64,000 bases of DNA from Candidatus Acetothermia bacterium (lineage in GTDB: Bacteria; Bipolaricaulota; Bipolaricaulia; Bipolaricaulales; Bipolaricaulaceae), in contig PXEP01000172.1 of NCBI GenBank assembly GCA_003566155.1, forward strand, positions 1,408-65,407. Direction: 5' to 3'. Shown here piece by piece: positions 53,741 through 63,023 of the stretch; position 1 is the stretch's first letter; each line of letters begins with the position of its first letter. The notes beneath the pieces are model-generated. The model saw nothing but the letters and a program-made list of their open reading frames with translations. It was not told where the DNA came from and made no database searches. The position numbers and the translations under genes were made by a program.

Positions 53741-54187
53741 TCAGGATGCGGGGTTCACGATGATATTGATATCGGCGGTGATATCCTCGTAGATATTTGC
53801 CCGGGCGGGGAATTGGCCCAGAGTATCGATGACGTCCATGTCGATCCGATCGGGAGAAACCTTCTCCCCGAACTTCTGCTCGATCTCCTTGGCCACGTCT
53901 TGGGGGCGTACGGTCGCGTAGAGCCGATCTTCATCATGCACTCTGCGGTCGAACTCCAGCTGAGCACCGTTTAGTTTCTCGGCCAGCATCTCCGCTCGTG
54001 TCCGCCGATCGGCGAGCTCCCGCCTGTACTGCTCACGTAGATTGGAATAGCGGGCCATCTCGTGGTCAGTGGGGGGGACAGCCATGCGCTGGGGCATGAG
54101 ATAATTACGGGCGTACCCGGGTTTGACATCAACCACATCTCCGGGCACCCCTAAGTTGGGGACCTCATTGATCAACAGGACCTTCAT
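53741..54187 (-). CDS. rplI: 50S ribosomal protein L9
   Basis: ATG 54185-54187 within ORF 53741..54241(-). MKVLLINEVPNLGVPGDVVDVKPGYARNYLMPQRMAV. Confidence 0.95.
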   Translation of the reverse strand: MKVLLINEVPNLGVPGDVVDVKPGYARNYLMPQRMAVPPTDHEMARYSNLREQYRRELADRRTRAEMLAEKLNGAQLEFDRRVHDEDRLYATVRPQDVAKEIEQKFGEKVSPDRIDMDVIDTLGQFPARANIYEDITADINIIVNPAS

Positions 54188-54301
54188 CGATATCACCCCT
54201 TGTGGCGGACAAATAGTAGACGCCCCAGCCTCGGGATTCAACAGGCGGCCAACCGTCTGTGCACCGTTTGACCCACGGCGGTGTTGCTATACTCTGGAGA
54301 G

Positions 54302-55135
54302 ATGTCGTTTCAGTGGCATGATGCAGGAGGGAACCGCCCCGTGTTGGTGATGGGGATACTGAATACGGCTCCCGACTCCTTCTCGGACTGGGGTCGATGT
54401 ACCGACGCCCAAACGGCCGTCGCGCACGGCGTGCGTCTGCAGAGTGAAGGAGCCGATATTGTGGATGTGGGCGGGGAGTCGACCCGTCCTGGCTCCCAAC
54501 CGATCTCGGAGGAGGAAGAGCTGTCTCGGGTGTTGCCAGTGGTGGAACGCCTGGCAGCCCAGCTTCGGGTGCCGCTGTCGATAGATACGTCCAAAGCCCG
54601 AGTCGCCGAAGCCGCGCTGAAGGCCGGGGCCCGGATAGTGAACGACGTCACCGCCCTACGTGGCGATCCAGGCATGGGCGAGGTGGTGCGCAAACACGAT
54701 GCAGGACTAGTTCTCATGCACATGTTGGGCACGCCGGCCACGATGCAGGACGCTCCACAGTACCGAGATGTGGTTGGTGAAGTGTACGCGTTCCTGGAAG
54801 TCCGCCTTCAGGCTGCGCTGGATATGGGCATCCGGCGAGAGCGGATAGCTGTCGATCCGGGAATCGGGTTTGGAAAGACGGTGGAGCATAACTTGGAACT
54901 GATACGCGGCCTGGGGAAGCTGCGGGAGCTTGGTCAGCCGGTGTTTGTCGGCCCGTCGCGCAAGCGGTTTATCGGCACGCTGTTGGACCTTCCGGTCGAT
55001 CAGCGCGTCGAGGGCACGCTTGCGGTGTGTGTGGCGGCTGTGCTCAACGGAGTTGATGCCGTGCGGGTGCATGACGTGAAGCCGGTGCGCCGGGCTGTAG
55101 ACTTGGCCGTACACCTCAGGTCCGGGGGGAGGTAG
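54302..55135 (+). CDS. folP: dihydropteroate synthase
   Basis: ATG 54302 (MSFQWH..) within ORF 54281..55135. ...VMGILNTAPDSFSD...GADIVDVGGESTRPG...LSIDT...IVNDV...VLMH...DPGIGFGK...GPSRKRF. Confidence 0.94.
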   Translation: MSFQWHDAGGNRPVLVMGILNTAPDSFSDWGRCTDAQTAVAHGVRLQSEGADIVDVGGESTRPGSQPISEEEELSRVLPVVERLAAQLRVPLSIDTSKARVAEAALKAGARIVNDVTALRGDPGMGEVVRKHDAGLVLMHMLGTPATMQDAPQYRDVVGEVYAFLEVRLQAALDMGIRRERIAVDPGIGFGKTVEHNLELIRGLGKLRELGQPVFVGPSRKRFIGTLLDLPVDQRVEGTLAVCVAAVLNGVDAVRVHDVKPVRRAVDLAVHLRSGGR

Positions 55136-55137
55136 CG

Positions 55138-55614
55138 ATGAGGATAGATCTGAAGGAACTCCGTGCTTATCCTGGCCGTCCGGTGCGCAGCGAGGAGCAA
55201 GAGGTCTTGGATGATCTGGTCTGGTGCGACGAGCCGCTGCCACTGGTGGGGGCCGTCCGGGTGATTGCCTCGGCGTTCTACGATGAGAAGCGGGTGTTCC
55301 TTACGCTGAATGTCTCCGGGACCTGTGTCCGGCGTTGCTCTCGCTGTGTGCTCGAGTTCGAGGAGGATTTCGAGCGCGAGGAGCTATTGGAATTGGAGCT
55401 TGATGATCCATCGGCACCGTATATAGAGATCCGACCGTGGATCGCCGCCGAGGTGCGCCTTGCTGTCAGTCCGCGTCCTTTGTGTCGTGATGATTGCCGC
55501 GGCTTGTGTGCCGGATGTGGAGCCGACCTCAACGTGGAGGAACATCGTGAAGGATGTGTGGAGGACTCCCCACCCCATGACCCACGGCTGGAAAAACTAA
55601 GGGAGCTTCTGTGA
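55138..55614 (+). CDS. yceD: YceD/DUF177 family protein
   Basis: 158 aa with acidic stretches and the family Cys pattern: C.RRCSRC...LCRDDCRGLCAGCG. Confidence 0.85.
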   Translation: MRIDLKELRAYPGRPVRSEEQEVLDDLVWCDEPLPLVGAVRVIASAFYDEKRVFLTLNVSGTCVRRCSRCVLEFEEDFEREELLELELDDPSAPYIEIRPWIAAEVRLAVSPRPLCRDDCRGLCAGCGADLNVEEHREGCVEDSPPHDPRLEKLRELL

Positions 55615-56084
55615 GGAGTGTGCGCGTCCTGGGTGTGGATCCGGGGCTGACAGCCACGGGCTACGGGATAGTGGAAGCCGATGGCGATCAGTTTTCCAGC
55701 GTCGTCGCAGGCACAGTACGGCCACCGGCCAAGGCCCCCTTGCCCGACCGGCTAGGTGCGATACACGTGCACCTTATGGAACTCATCGAGACATTCGACC
55801 CCCGTGTGGTTGCCGTTGAGGAAGTGTACTTGGCCCGTAACGCCCCCTCGGCCATGCTTACTGCCCAGGTGTTGGGGGTGGTGAAGCTGACTGCCCGGGG
55901 CTGTGACCTGCGGGCCTATGCGCCGCGGGAGATAAAGAAGTGGGTCTGCGGCACGGGCGCAGCTCCCAAGGAACAGATGATAGGAATGATGGCACACCTG
56001 CTCAGACTTGATGAACTGCCGGGGGATCACGCGGCGGATGCGCTGGCCGTGGCGCTATGCGCGATTATGGACGGGCGGCCATGA
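55611..56084 (+). CDS. ruvC: crossover junction endodeoxyribonuclease RuvC
   Basis: VLGVDPGLTATGYGIVE...VAVEEVY...KKWVCGTGAAPKEQM....GDHAADALAVAL. Confidence 0.94.
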   Translation: MRSVRVLGVDPGLTATGYGIVEADGDQFSSVVAGTVRPPAKAPLPDRLGAIHVHLMELIETFDPRVVAVEEVYLARNAPSAMLTAQVLGVVKLTARGCDLRAYAPREIKKWVCGTGAAPKEQMIGMMAHLLRLDELPGDHAADALAVALCAIMDGRP

Positions 56085-58771
56085 ACTTGCTGCGGGCGCT
56101 CGGGGTGGAGGATCCCCCCGAGCGGCTTCTGGTGATCGACGCACATTCGGCACTCTATCGGTCGTATCATGCATTGCCCGAGCTCACCACCAGTCAAGGG
56201 GAGCCTGTTCAGGCGGTGTACGGGTTGGTGAAAACGCTGCTTATGGCGGTGAAGCAATATCCCTCCCGCTATCTGGCTGTGGCGTTCGACTCCACCGAGC
56301 CCACTGTCCGCCACGAGGCATTTGCCGACTACAAGGCCACCCGCGAGGAAATGCCGCAAATGCTGTCGCGTCAGCTTCCCCGAGCCAAGGAATTGCTCGA
56401 TGTGCTGGGCATAACGCGCTTGGAGGTTCCCCGGTATGAGGCGGACGACATCATGGCTGCGTTGGTCCAGCAGGCTCGCGCCGCCGGGGCGGAAGTGCTT
56501 CTGTTGACGGGAGACAAGGATATGGCCCAGCTGGTGAGAGAGGGCGTTAAGCTGCTACGGCCGGGGCGCCGTCCCACCGATCGGCTAGAGCTCATGGATG
56601 CGTCCAAGGTCCGGGAGCGGTTTGGGGTTCCGCCCGAGCAGATGGTGGATCTCCTGGCCTTGGTGGGCGACAGCTCGGATAACATACCTGGAGTGCGGGG
56701 GGTGGGGGAGAAGGGGGCCCGTGATCTGCTGTCACGCTATGGCTCACTTGAGAAGGCCCTGGAGTCCGCTCCGTCGCATCCCAATCGAAGGGTGGCGCAA
56801 GCGCTGACCGAGGGAAGAGAATCCGCTTTGCTTTCCAAAGAATTGGTGCGCCTGCAGCCGCCCGAACTGGACCGGTCGGTGCACGAGATGGTGCTGGGCG
56901 AATGGGACTCGGAGAACGTGCATCGCCGGCTTCACGAACTGGAGTTCAAATCGATTGTCGCTGAGCTCGGCGTCGACGCCCCTCCCCCAGCCTTAAAGAG
57001 CACTGTGGTGACCGATGAGCAAAGCCTGGCCGCACTGGTGGACGAGCTAGCCCGCCAGGAGGCGTTTGCCCTGGATCTGGAGACTACTTCGCCCGATCCT
57101 CTGAGCGCGCGTCTGGTGGGATTGGCGGTGGCCGTCCGAGGTGGGGCGGGGTGGTATGTGCCTGTGGGGCATGAAACCGACGAAACCCAGCTAACCGTCG
57201 AGCAGGTCCTTTACGCCATGCGACCCGTGCTGGAGGGTGACCACCCCCAGGTATGGGGGCAGAACCTGAAGTATGACCTACAGGTGTTGGCCGGTTACGG
57301 TGTCCGTCTGCAGGGGATCGTGTTTGATTCCATGCTTGCCCATTGGCTTCTGAACCCCGACGCGCCTTCCCACGGCCTTGAGGTAATCGCCCGCGACGAA
57401 CTGGGTGAGTCGATGGCGAGCTATCGGCAGATAGTGGGTGGAGAGAAGACCATCGCTCACGTGCCCATCCCCCGGGCAGCCGAATACGCCGTGGGTGATG
57501 CTGAGGTGGTGTGTCGCCTGCATGGTCCGTTGCTGGACCAGCTGCGCGAAGCGGAGCTGGAGCGCTTGCTTGTCCAAGTGGAACTGCCGCTCATCGAGGT
57601 GTTAGCTCGCATGGAGCGGGCCGGGATCCCGCTCGACGTCGACGAGTTGCACCGCCAGGGGACGGAGCTGGAGACGATGCTGGAGGGCCTCCGCCAGGAG
57701 CTGTTCGCACTGGCCGGCGGCGAGTTCAACCCAGGCTCCGTGCCTCAGGTTAGGGAGGTCCTGTACCAACGTCTGAAGCTGCCGGTTATCTCCCGCACGA
57801 AGACCGGACCGTCCACTGACGCGCATGTTCTGCGAGAATTGGCCGCGCACCATGAGCTTCCGGCCAGGCTCATCGCCTACCGCGAGCTGGAGAAACTGCG
57901 CAATACGTACATTGAGAAGCTCCCCTTGTATGTGCGCTCTCAAAGCGGCCGGCTACACACTTCGTTCAACCAGTCGGGAACAGCCACCGGGCGGTTGTCG
58001 TCGTCGCACCCCAATCTGCAGAACATCCCCTCACGCCATCAGGTAGGCGTGGACATCCGCCGCGCGTTTGTCGCCCCGGAAGGCAAAGTGTTCCTGGCCG
58101 CTGACTACTCCCAGGTCGAGCTGCGCGTGTTGGCGCATTTCTCCGGCGACCCCGCGCTGCAGGAGGATTTCCGGAGAGGGGCGGATCTGCACAGACGCAC
58201 CGCAGCCCGATTGTTCGAGGTTGACGAAAGGAGCGTGGACGACAGGATGCGTGCCCAGGCCAAGCGAGTCAACTTCGGGATCGTCTACGGGATCAGCCCC
58301 TACGGATTGGCCCGCGACCTGGGGCTTTCGCAAGAAAATGCGAAGGGATTGATCGATCGTTTTTTCAGTGCCTATCCCCAGGTTAAGCAGTTTCTGGAGC
58401 GCTTGGTGGTGGAAGGAAAGCAAAGGGGCTACGCGACCACGCTGTTGGGAAGGAGGCGGAAGCTTTCCGGGTCACGGGCCGACCAGCGTGTCCGAGGATA
58501 CGATGAGCGCAATGCCGTGAACACGCCGATTCAGGGTTCAGCGGCCGATGTGATGAAGCTGGCGATGCTAGAGCTCCACAGTCAGTGGGTTCGGGGAGAG
58601 CTCGCCGCTGACATGGTACTCCAGGTGCACGATTCGCTTGTGTTCGAGGTCGCCAGCGCAGATGCAGAGCGCACAGGAAAGCAGGTGCAGGAGGCGATGG
58701 AGGGAGTGGTCGAACTGGATGTTCCCCTCGAGGTGGAGATCAAGACGGGCCGCTCGTGGGGAGCGCTTTAG
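56081..58771 (+). CDS. polA: DNA polymerase I (5' nuclease, 3'-5' exonuclease-like and polymerase domains)
   Basis: ATG 56081 (ATGA overlap with ruvC) within ORF 56057..58771. 5' nuclease LLVIDAHSALYRSYHA...GDKDMAQL; exonuclease region ALDLETTS; polymerase motifs DYSQVELRVLAH, RAQAKRVNFGIVYG and QVHDSLVFE. Confidence 0.96.
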   Translation: MNLLRALGVEDPPERLLVIDAHSALYRSYHALPELTTSQGEPVQAVYGLVKTLLMAVKQYPSRYLAVAFDSTEPTVRHEAFADYKATREEMPQMLSRQLPRAKELLDVLGITRLEVPRYEADDIMAALVQQARAAGAEVLLLTGDKDMAQLVREGVKLLRPGRRPTDRLELMDASKVRERFGVPPEQMVDLLALVGDSSDNIPGVRGVGEKGARDLLSRYGSLEKALESAPSHPNRRVAQALTEGRESALLSKELVRLQPPELDRSVHEMVLGEWDSENVHRRLHELEFKSIVAELGVDAPPPALKSTVVTDEQSLAALVDELARQEAFALDLETTSPDPLSARLVGLAVAVRGGAGWYVPVGHETDETQLTVEQVLYAMRPVLEGDHPQVWGQNLKYDLQVLAGYGVRLQGIVFDSMLAHWLLNPDAPSHGLEVIARDELGESMASYRQIVGGEKTIAHVPIPRAAEYAVGDAEVVCRLHGPLLDQLREAELERLLVQVELPLIEVLARMERAGIPLDVDELHRQGTELETMLEGLRQELFALAGGEFNPGSVPQVREVLYQRLKLPVISRTKTGPSTDAHVLRELAAHHELPARLIAYRELEKLRNTYIEKLPLYVRSQSGRLHTSFNQSGTATGRLSSSHPNLQNIPSRHQVGVDIRRAFVAPEGKVFLAADYSQVELRVLAHFSGDPALQEDFRRGADLHRRTAARLFEVDERSVDDRMRAQAKRVNFGIVYGISPYGLARDLGLSQENAKGLIDRFFSAYPQVKQFLERLVVEGKQRGYATTLLGRRRKLSGSRADQRVRGYDERNAVNTPIQGSAADVMKLAMLELHSQWVRGELAADMVLQVHDSLVFEVASADAERTGKQVQEAMEGVVELDVPLEVEIKTGRSWGAL

Positions 58772-58997
58772 CACCTTTCTTGTCGCCCGCATCCGTTCCC
58801 CGAAGCTCAGCTCAAGGTGCTTGAGTTGACGGCCCGCCGGGCTCCGGTACCGAACGGACACTGGAGCACTTGGTTCGGCGCCGCGGAGAGCTGTGTGAGC
58901 CGGAAGTTGTGGATGCCTGTCTGGCTCTGTTCACCGAAGGGCGTTTCCAGTGTGAGTAATCGAGGTGGATAGCTGCCATATACGCGTACACGTGGCC

Positions 58998-59027
58998 TTG
59001 ACGCGTTTCCCCACCCGAGTGTAGTAT
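58998..59027 (+). promoter_or_regulatory. candidate sigma70 promoter for the lipoprotein gene
   Basis: TTGACG (58998-59003), 18-nt spacer, TAGTAT (59022-59027), about 68 nt upstream of the ATG at 59096. Confidence 0.5.
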
Positions 59028-59095
59028 GCATTACTCAGCAGTTGCGTCTGCGGTTTGGTAGGCAGATGTGGGGCGCTTATTCTCGGGGGGGAAAG

Positions 59096-59818
59096 ATGAG
59101 CCGAGCGAAGAACACCCGATCGGAGGCGGTTCAGGGACTGAAACTCGTGCTTCTTCTTGGCGCAGCCCTGGCGATGCTTACAGGTTGCGCGCGTGTTTCG
59201 GCAGAGATAGATAGGGCGAACCCCGCTGAACAGGTTGAAACGCAAGTCGGTCAAACGGTGACGCTTTCGGTGACCTTCAGCAATACAGGCAATCGGGCAC
59301 GGGAGTTTATCGCACGAGCGGTGGTGTTGGACAGTAACGATGCTGTGGTCCGGTCGTATGAGCGGAAGCTGGATCAGCCCTTGGAGCCTGGTGAAGTAAC
59401 GACCGTTGAGTGGGAGCATGACCCCCGGGCGGCGGGGGAGTATTTCCTGGAGTTCAATGTATGGCGGGACGGCGAAACTCGGTTGGCCCAGTTGTCGCTG
59501 ACTGGAGATGCGCGGTTGATCGTGCGGGAGGAAGAACCCGAGGACGAAGACGAGCGGCCTGCCGAGGCCAGATTCGAAGTCGGCGACCAAGTAAGGGTCA
59601 CGGAAAGCGGGCTGCGCGCGCGTGTGGGCCCGGGCCTAGACGAGCCGCGGGTAGCAAGTCCGCACTATGACGGCAACCTGGCCGCAGGGACTACCGGAAG
59701 GATCGTCGACGGCCCTGTGGAGGCCGACGGCCATATCTGGTGGCGCATCGACTACCACATCGGCGTGGTGGGTTGGTCGGTCCAGGAATTCCTGGAGCAC
59801 ATCGGCGGCAACGGCTAG
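59096..59818 (+). CDS. lipoprotein with C-terminal SH3b-like domain
   Basis: ATG 59096 (GGGGGGAAAG upstream) within ORF 59042..59818. Signal peptide with lipobox LAMLTGC, an acidic linker EEEPEDEDERP, then FEVGDQVRVTESGLRARVGPG......GTTGRIVDGPVEADGHIWWRIDY..GVVGW. Confidence 0.75.
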   Translation: MSRAKNTRSEAVQGLKLVLLLGAALAMLTGCARVSAEIDRANPAEQVETQVGQTVTLSVTFSNTGNRAREFIARAVVLDSNDAVVRSYERKLDQPLEPGEVTTVEWEHDPRAAGEYFLEFNVWRDGETRLAQLSLTGDARLIVREEEPEDEDERPAEARFEVGDQVRVTESGLRARVGPGLDEPRVASPHYDGNLAAGTTGRIVDGPVEADGHIWWRIDYHIGVVGWSVQEFLEHIGGNG

Positions 59819-61251
59819 GGTAGCCGCAGCACCGGTTGGCGAGCCGCCTGCGCTTCGTTAAGCCTCCGCACCGGAGTGGTATGAGGCGCTTGTTTCACTG
59901 TGTCCGGTTGCTCCCGTGCTTCATCGGCGATGCGGATCATCGCTTCCACGAACGCGTCCAGTATTTCGAGCGGTTCAGTTTCTGTGGGTTCGACCATCAA
60001 CGCTTCCTTGACGATCAACGGGAAGTACACGGTCGGCGGATGAAAACCGTAATCCATAAGACGCTTGGCAATATCCACCGTGCGCACGTCCCCTAACCCT
60101 TGTCCGGAGAGCACGAACTCGTGTTTGCACAGGCCGGCGTAGGGGAGTTGGAACACCTTCTCTAGCTTCGCCCTTAGGTAATTGGCCGCCAACACCGCGC
60201 CGGCCGACACCTCCTTCAGTCCTTCGTCGCCCAGCAGCAGAATGTAGGCTAGTGCCCTGAGGGAGACCAAAAAATTCCCGTGGTAGGGATGCACACGCCC
60301 GATGGACTGGGACCGGTCCCACGACAGTCGATACTCCTCCCCTTCGAGCACGACATCGGGGAGTGGCAGATAAGGGGCCAGCGTGTCTGAGACAGCCAGG
60401 GGACCTGCGCCCGGACCTCCGCCTCCGTGGGGGGTGGAGAACGTCTTGTGTAAGTTGAAGTGGAAGATATCGGCCCCCATCTCCCCAGGAAGAGCCCGAC
60501 CTAAGAACGAGTTCAGATTGGCTCCGTCGAAGTAGGTCAACCCTCCAGCTGTGTGTACCAGGCGGGTTATCTCGGCGATTTCGTCTTCGAAAATGCCCAG
60601 CGTGTTGGGCACAGTGAGCATAATCCCGGCCACTTCGTTGTCCAGCGCCTTGTTCAGCGCCTCGAGGTCCACGGTGCCCCGGGAAGTGGACGGAAGTGAA
60701 ACCACCTTAAACCCGACCATAGCAGCCGAAGCGGGGTTCGTCCCGTGGGCCGAGTCGGGCAGGAGCACTTTGTGGCGGGCAGGGTACTCGCCCCGCTCTT
60801 GAAAGTATTTCTTCAAAAGGAGCATCCCGGTGAGCTCACCGTGGGCGCCGGCTGCCGGCTGAAGGGTGATCGCTGGCATCCCTGCGATTCTCTTCAGCAT
60901 CTCGCCTAGTTCCCACAGGGCCCTGAGAGCTCCCTGGGACCGCTCGGCGGACAGTCCCGGATGCAGGCCTGCAAAGCCCGGGAGCCGGGCCAGATCCTCG
61001 TTCAGTTTGGGGTTGTACTTCATGGTACAGCTTCCCAGCGGGTAAAAGCCGCTGTCCACACCGTAGTTGAGGCGGGAAAGAGCGGTGTAGTGCCGCACCA
61101 GCTCTGGCTGGGAGACCTGCGGGAGATGGGGCAGCTTGTCGCGGCGAGCGTCTTCAGGGATCAAAGCCATCAGTTCGTCGGCCCCCCGCTTGGGAGACGG
61201 CGTGCTCGCCGCCCGTCGGCCGGGCGCTCCGCGATCGTATATGGTGGCCAA
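59815..61251 (-). CDS. gcvPB: glycine dehydrogenase (decarboxylating) subunit 2
   Basis: 478 aa: ...ELVRHYTALSRLNYGVDSGFYPLGSCTMKYNPK...NLHKTFSTPHGGGGPGAGP. Confidence 0.96.
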   Translation of the reverse strand: MATIYDRGAPGRRAASTPSPKRGADELMALIPEDARRDKLPHLPQVSQPELVRHYTALSRLNYGVDSGFYPLGSCTMKYNPKLNEDLARLPGFAGLHPGLSAERSQGALRALWELGEMLKRIAGMPAITLQPAAGAHGELTGMLLLKKYFQERGEYPARHKVLLPDSAHGTNPASAAMVGFKVVSLPSTSRGTVDLEALNKALDNEVAGIMLTVPNTLGIFEDEIAEITRLVHTAGGLTYFDGANLNSFLGRALPGEMGADIFHFNLHKTFSTPHGGGGPGAGPLAVSDTLAPYLPLPDVVLEGEEYRLSWDRSQSIGRVHPYHGNFLVSLRALAYILLLGDEGLKEVSAGAVLAANYLRAKLEKVFQLPYAGLCKHEFVLSGQGLGDVRTVDIAKRLMDYGFHPPTVYFPLIVKEALMVEPTETEPLEILDAFVEAMIRIADEAREQPDTVKQAPHTTPVRRLNEAQAARQPVLRLP

Positions 61252-61253
61252 GG

Positions 61254-62579
61254 TCAGTTCCCCCCTTCCAGGACGGAAACAAATAGGTCCAGTTCCTCGT
61301 CGGTCCGGCGCTCAGTCAGCGCCACGCCGATTGCTCCTTCTACCCCCGTCGGTTCGAGGGCGCTGGGCGGCAGGACAGCGATGCCGGCCTGCTCAAGTTT
61401 GCGAGCTGTCCCTTCTGCATCGGGGCAGCGGAGGATGAACTCGTTGAAGTACGGGCCACCGAAGGCCAGCGAGTACCCGGGCAGGTCCTCCAGACGCTTA
61501 GCTAGTTCGTGCGCTCGCTCCATGCTGGCCAAGGCCACATCGCGCAACCCTTCCGGTCCCTGAGCCGCCAGATACACCGTGGCGGCCAGGGCACACAGGG
61601 CCGAGTTGGTACAGATGTTAGAGGTGGCCTTCTCCCGGCGGATGTGCTGCTCCCTCGTCTGTAGGGCCATGACATAGCCTTCGTTGCCTTCGGCGTCTAC
61701 AGTGCGGCCGGACACCCTTCCCGGCATCCTCCGTAGGTGTTCCTCTCGCGCAGCGAACAATCCTAGGAGCGGCCCCCCAAAGCCAAACGGGATGCCAAGC
61801 GGTTGCCCCTCGCCTACGACGATGTCCGCACCGAACTTCCCCGGGGCTTCCAAAACGGCCAGGGCTACAGGGTTGACGCTCACGATGAACAACGCCTTGC
61901 CCAGTTGTTCCTTGAGCCCGCGCAGATCTTCGATACAGCCGAAATAGTTAGGCTGGGCTGCGATCAACCCGCAGGTCCCTTCGGGTATGTCATCCACCTG
62001 CATGCGGCCGTCTTCCCCATAGGGGACTTCCTTTACCTTGATCCCGGCACCCCAGCAGTAGGTGTCGACCACTGCCCTCACCCACGGGCTGAGCGCCCGG
62101 GGCACAAGCACCGTGGTTCCTTTGGTGGCGCGGTGGGCACACAGCACCGCCTCGGCGAGCGCAGTGGCCCCGTCGTACATGGATGAGTTTGCTACGTCCA
62201 TCCCCGTGAGCTCGCAGATCATGGTCTGAAACTCGAACATCCATGTGAGCGTCCCCTGGGAGAGTTCCGCCTGATATGGCGTATAGGCGGTGAACAGCTC
62301 TCCCCGGGACAGGATGTGTCCCACCACTGAAGGGCTATAGTGGTCGTACAGGCCGCCGCCCAGGAACGGAACCAATTCGGTTCCCGTTGAGCTATCTGCC
62401 ATTCTTTGCACGTAGTTTCTAACCCACGCCTCATCTCGTGAGGGCAGGCCTGTAGTCGGTCCCTCGTGGCGGAGTTCCTCGGTGATGTCGGTGAACAGAT
62501 CCTGGATGTCGCTCACGCCAATGGCTTCCAGCATATGGCGGATATCTTCCGGCGTGTGCGGAATGTACTCCCCCATCAA
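61254..62579 (-). CDS. gcvPA: glycine dehydrogenase (decarboxylating) subunit 1
   Basis: 441 aa: ...YIPHTPEDIRHMLEAIG...FLGGGLYDHY.P......SRGELFTAYTPYQAELSQGTL...LQTREQHIRREKATSNICTN. Confidence 0.96.
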   Translation of the reverse strand: MMGEYIPHTPEDIRHMLEAIGVSDIQDLFTDITEELRHEGPTTGLPSRDEAWVRNYVQRMADSSTGTELVPFLGGGLYDHYSPSVVGHILSRGELFTAYTPYQAELSQGTLTWMFEFQTMICELTGMDVANSSMYDGATALAEAVLCAHRATKGTTVLVPRALSPWVRAVVDTYCWGAGIKVKEVPYGEDGRMQVDDIPEGTCGLIAAQPNYFGCIEDLRGLKEQLGKALFIVSVNPVALAVLEAPGKFGADIVVGEGQPLGIPFGFGGPLLGLFAAREEHLRRMPGRVSGRTVDAEGNEGYVMALQTREQHIRREKATSNICTNSALCALAATVYLAAQGPEGLRDVALASMERAHELAKRLEDLPGYSLAFGGPYFNEFILRCPDAEGTARKLEQAGIAVLPPSALEPTGVEGAIGVALTERRTDEELDLFVSVLEGGN

Positions 62580-62956
62580 CCCTCCTCGATCAGTTTCTCG
62601 TAGTCCGCGGCGTCCATCAGGTCTTCCAGTTCGCTTGGGTCGTCAGCCTGGATCGCCGCTACCCAGCCGTCCTCGAAGGGGGACTTGTTCATCAGAGCAG
62701 GATCCCCCTCCAGCGCATCGTTCACCTCGGTGACCTCGCCGGACACCGGGGCCAAGACCTCACCTACCGCTTTTACCGACTCCACTGTGGCCAGCTGGTC
62801 TCCCTTGGATACCTTGGAGCCCGGCTCAGGAAGCTCCACAAACACGATATCCCCCAGCTGCTTCTGAGCGTGGTCGGTCAGTCCGACTCGGATTGTATTC
62901 CCCTCCTGCAACGCCCATTCGTGATCCTGGGTGTACTTGCGATCCTTTGGTGCCAT
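62576..62956 (-). CDS. gcvH: glycine cleavage system protein H
   Basis: 126 aa: ...YTQDHEWA......VGLTDHAQKQLGDIVFVELPEPG......LATVESVKAVGEVLAPVSGEV.EVN. Confidence 0.96.
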   Translation of the reverse strand: MAPKDRKYTQDHEWALQEGNTIRVGLTDHAQKQLGDIVFVELPEPGSKVSKGDQLATVESVKAVGEVLAPVSGEVTEVNDALEGDPALMNKSPFEDGWVAAIQADDPSELEDLMDAADYEKLIEEG

Positions 62957-63023
62957 CGTTGCCTCCTTTTTGTGTGCACGGACACCGATTGTGCTTCAAG
63001 TTTTGCTCAGGCTGTAAGGTCCC

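Noticed and set aside
58772-58997. Possible small RNA or SRP-RNA-like element downstream of polA (hairpins CTCAAG-gtg-CTTGAG and CCGAAC...GTTCGG; GCCGGAAG motif)
   Set aside because: The stems are short (5-6 bp) and there is no match to the SRP domain IV consensus beyond a few bases. It is more likely just the polA 3' UTR plus the lipoprotein promoter region.
62957-63023. Expected glycine riboswitch upstream of gcvH
   Set aside because: The spacer is only 67 nt and lacks the conserved glycine-aptamer core, so it is too short for even a single aptamer plus expression platform.
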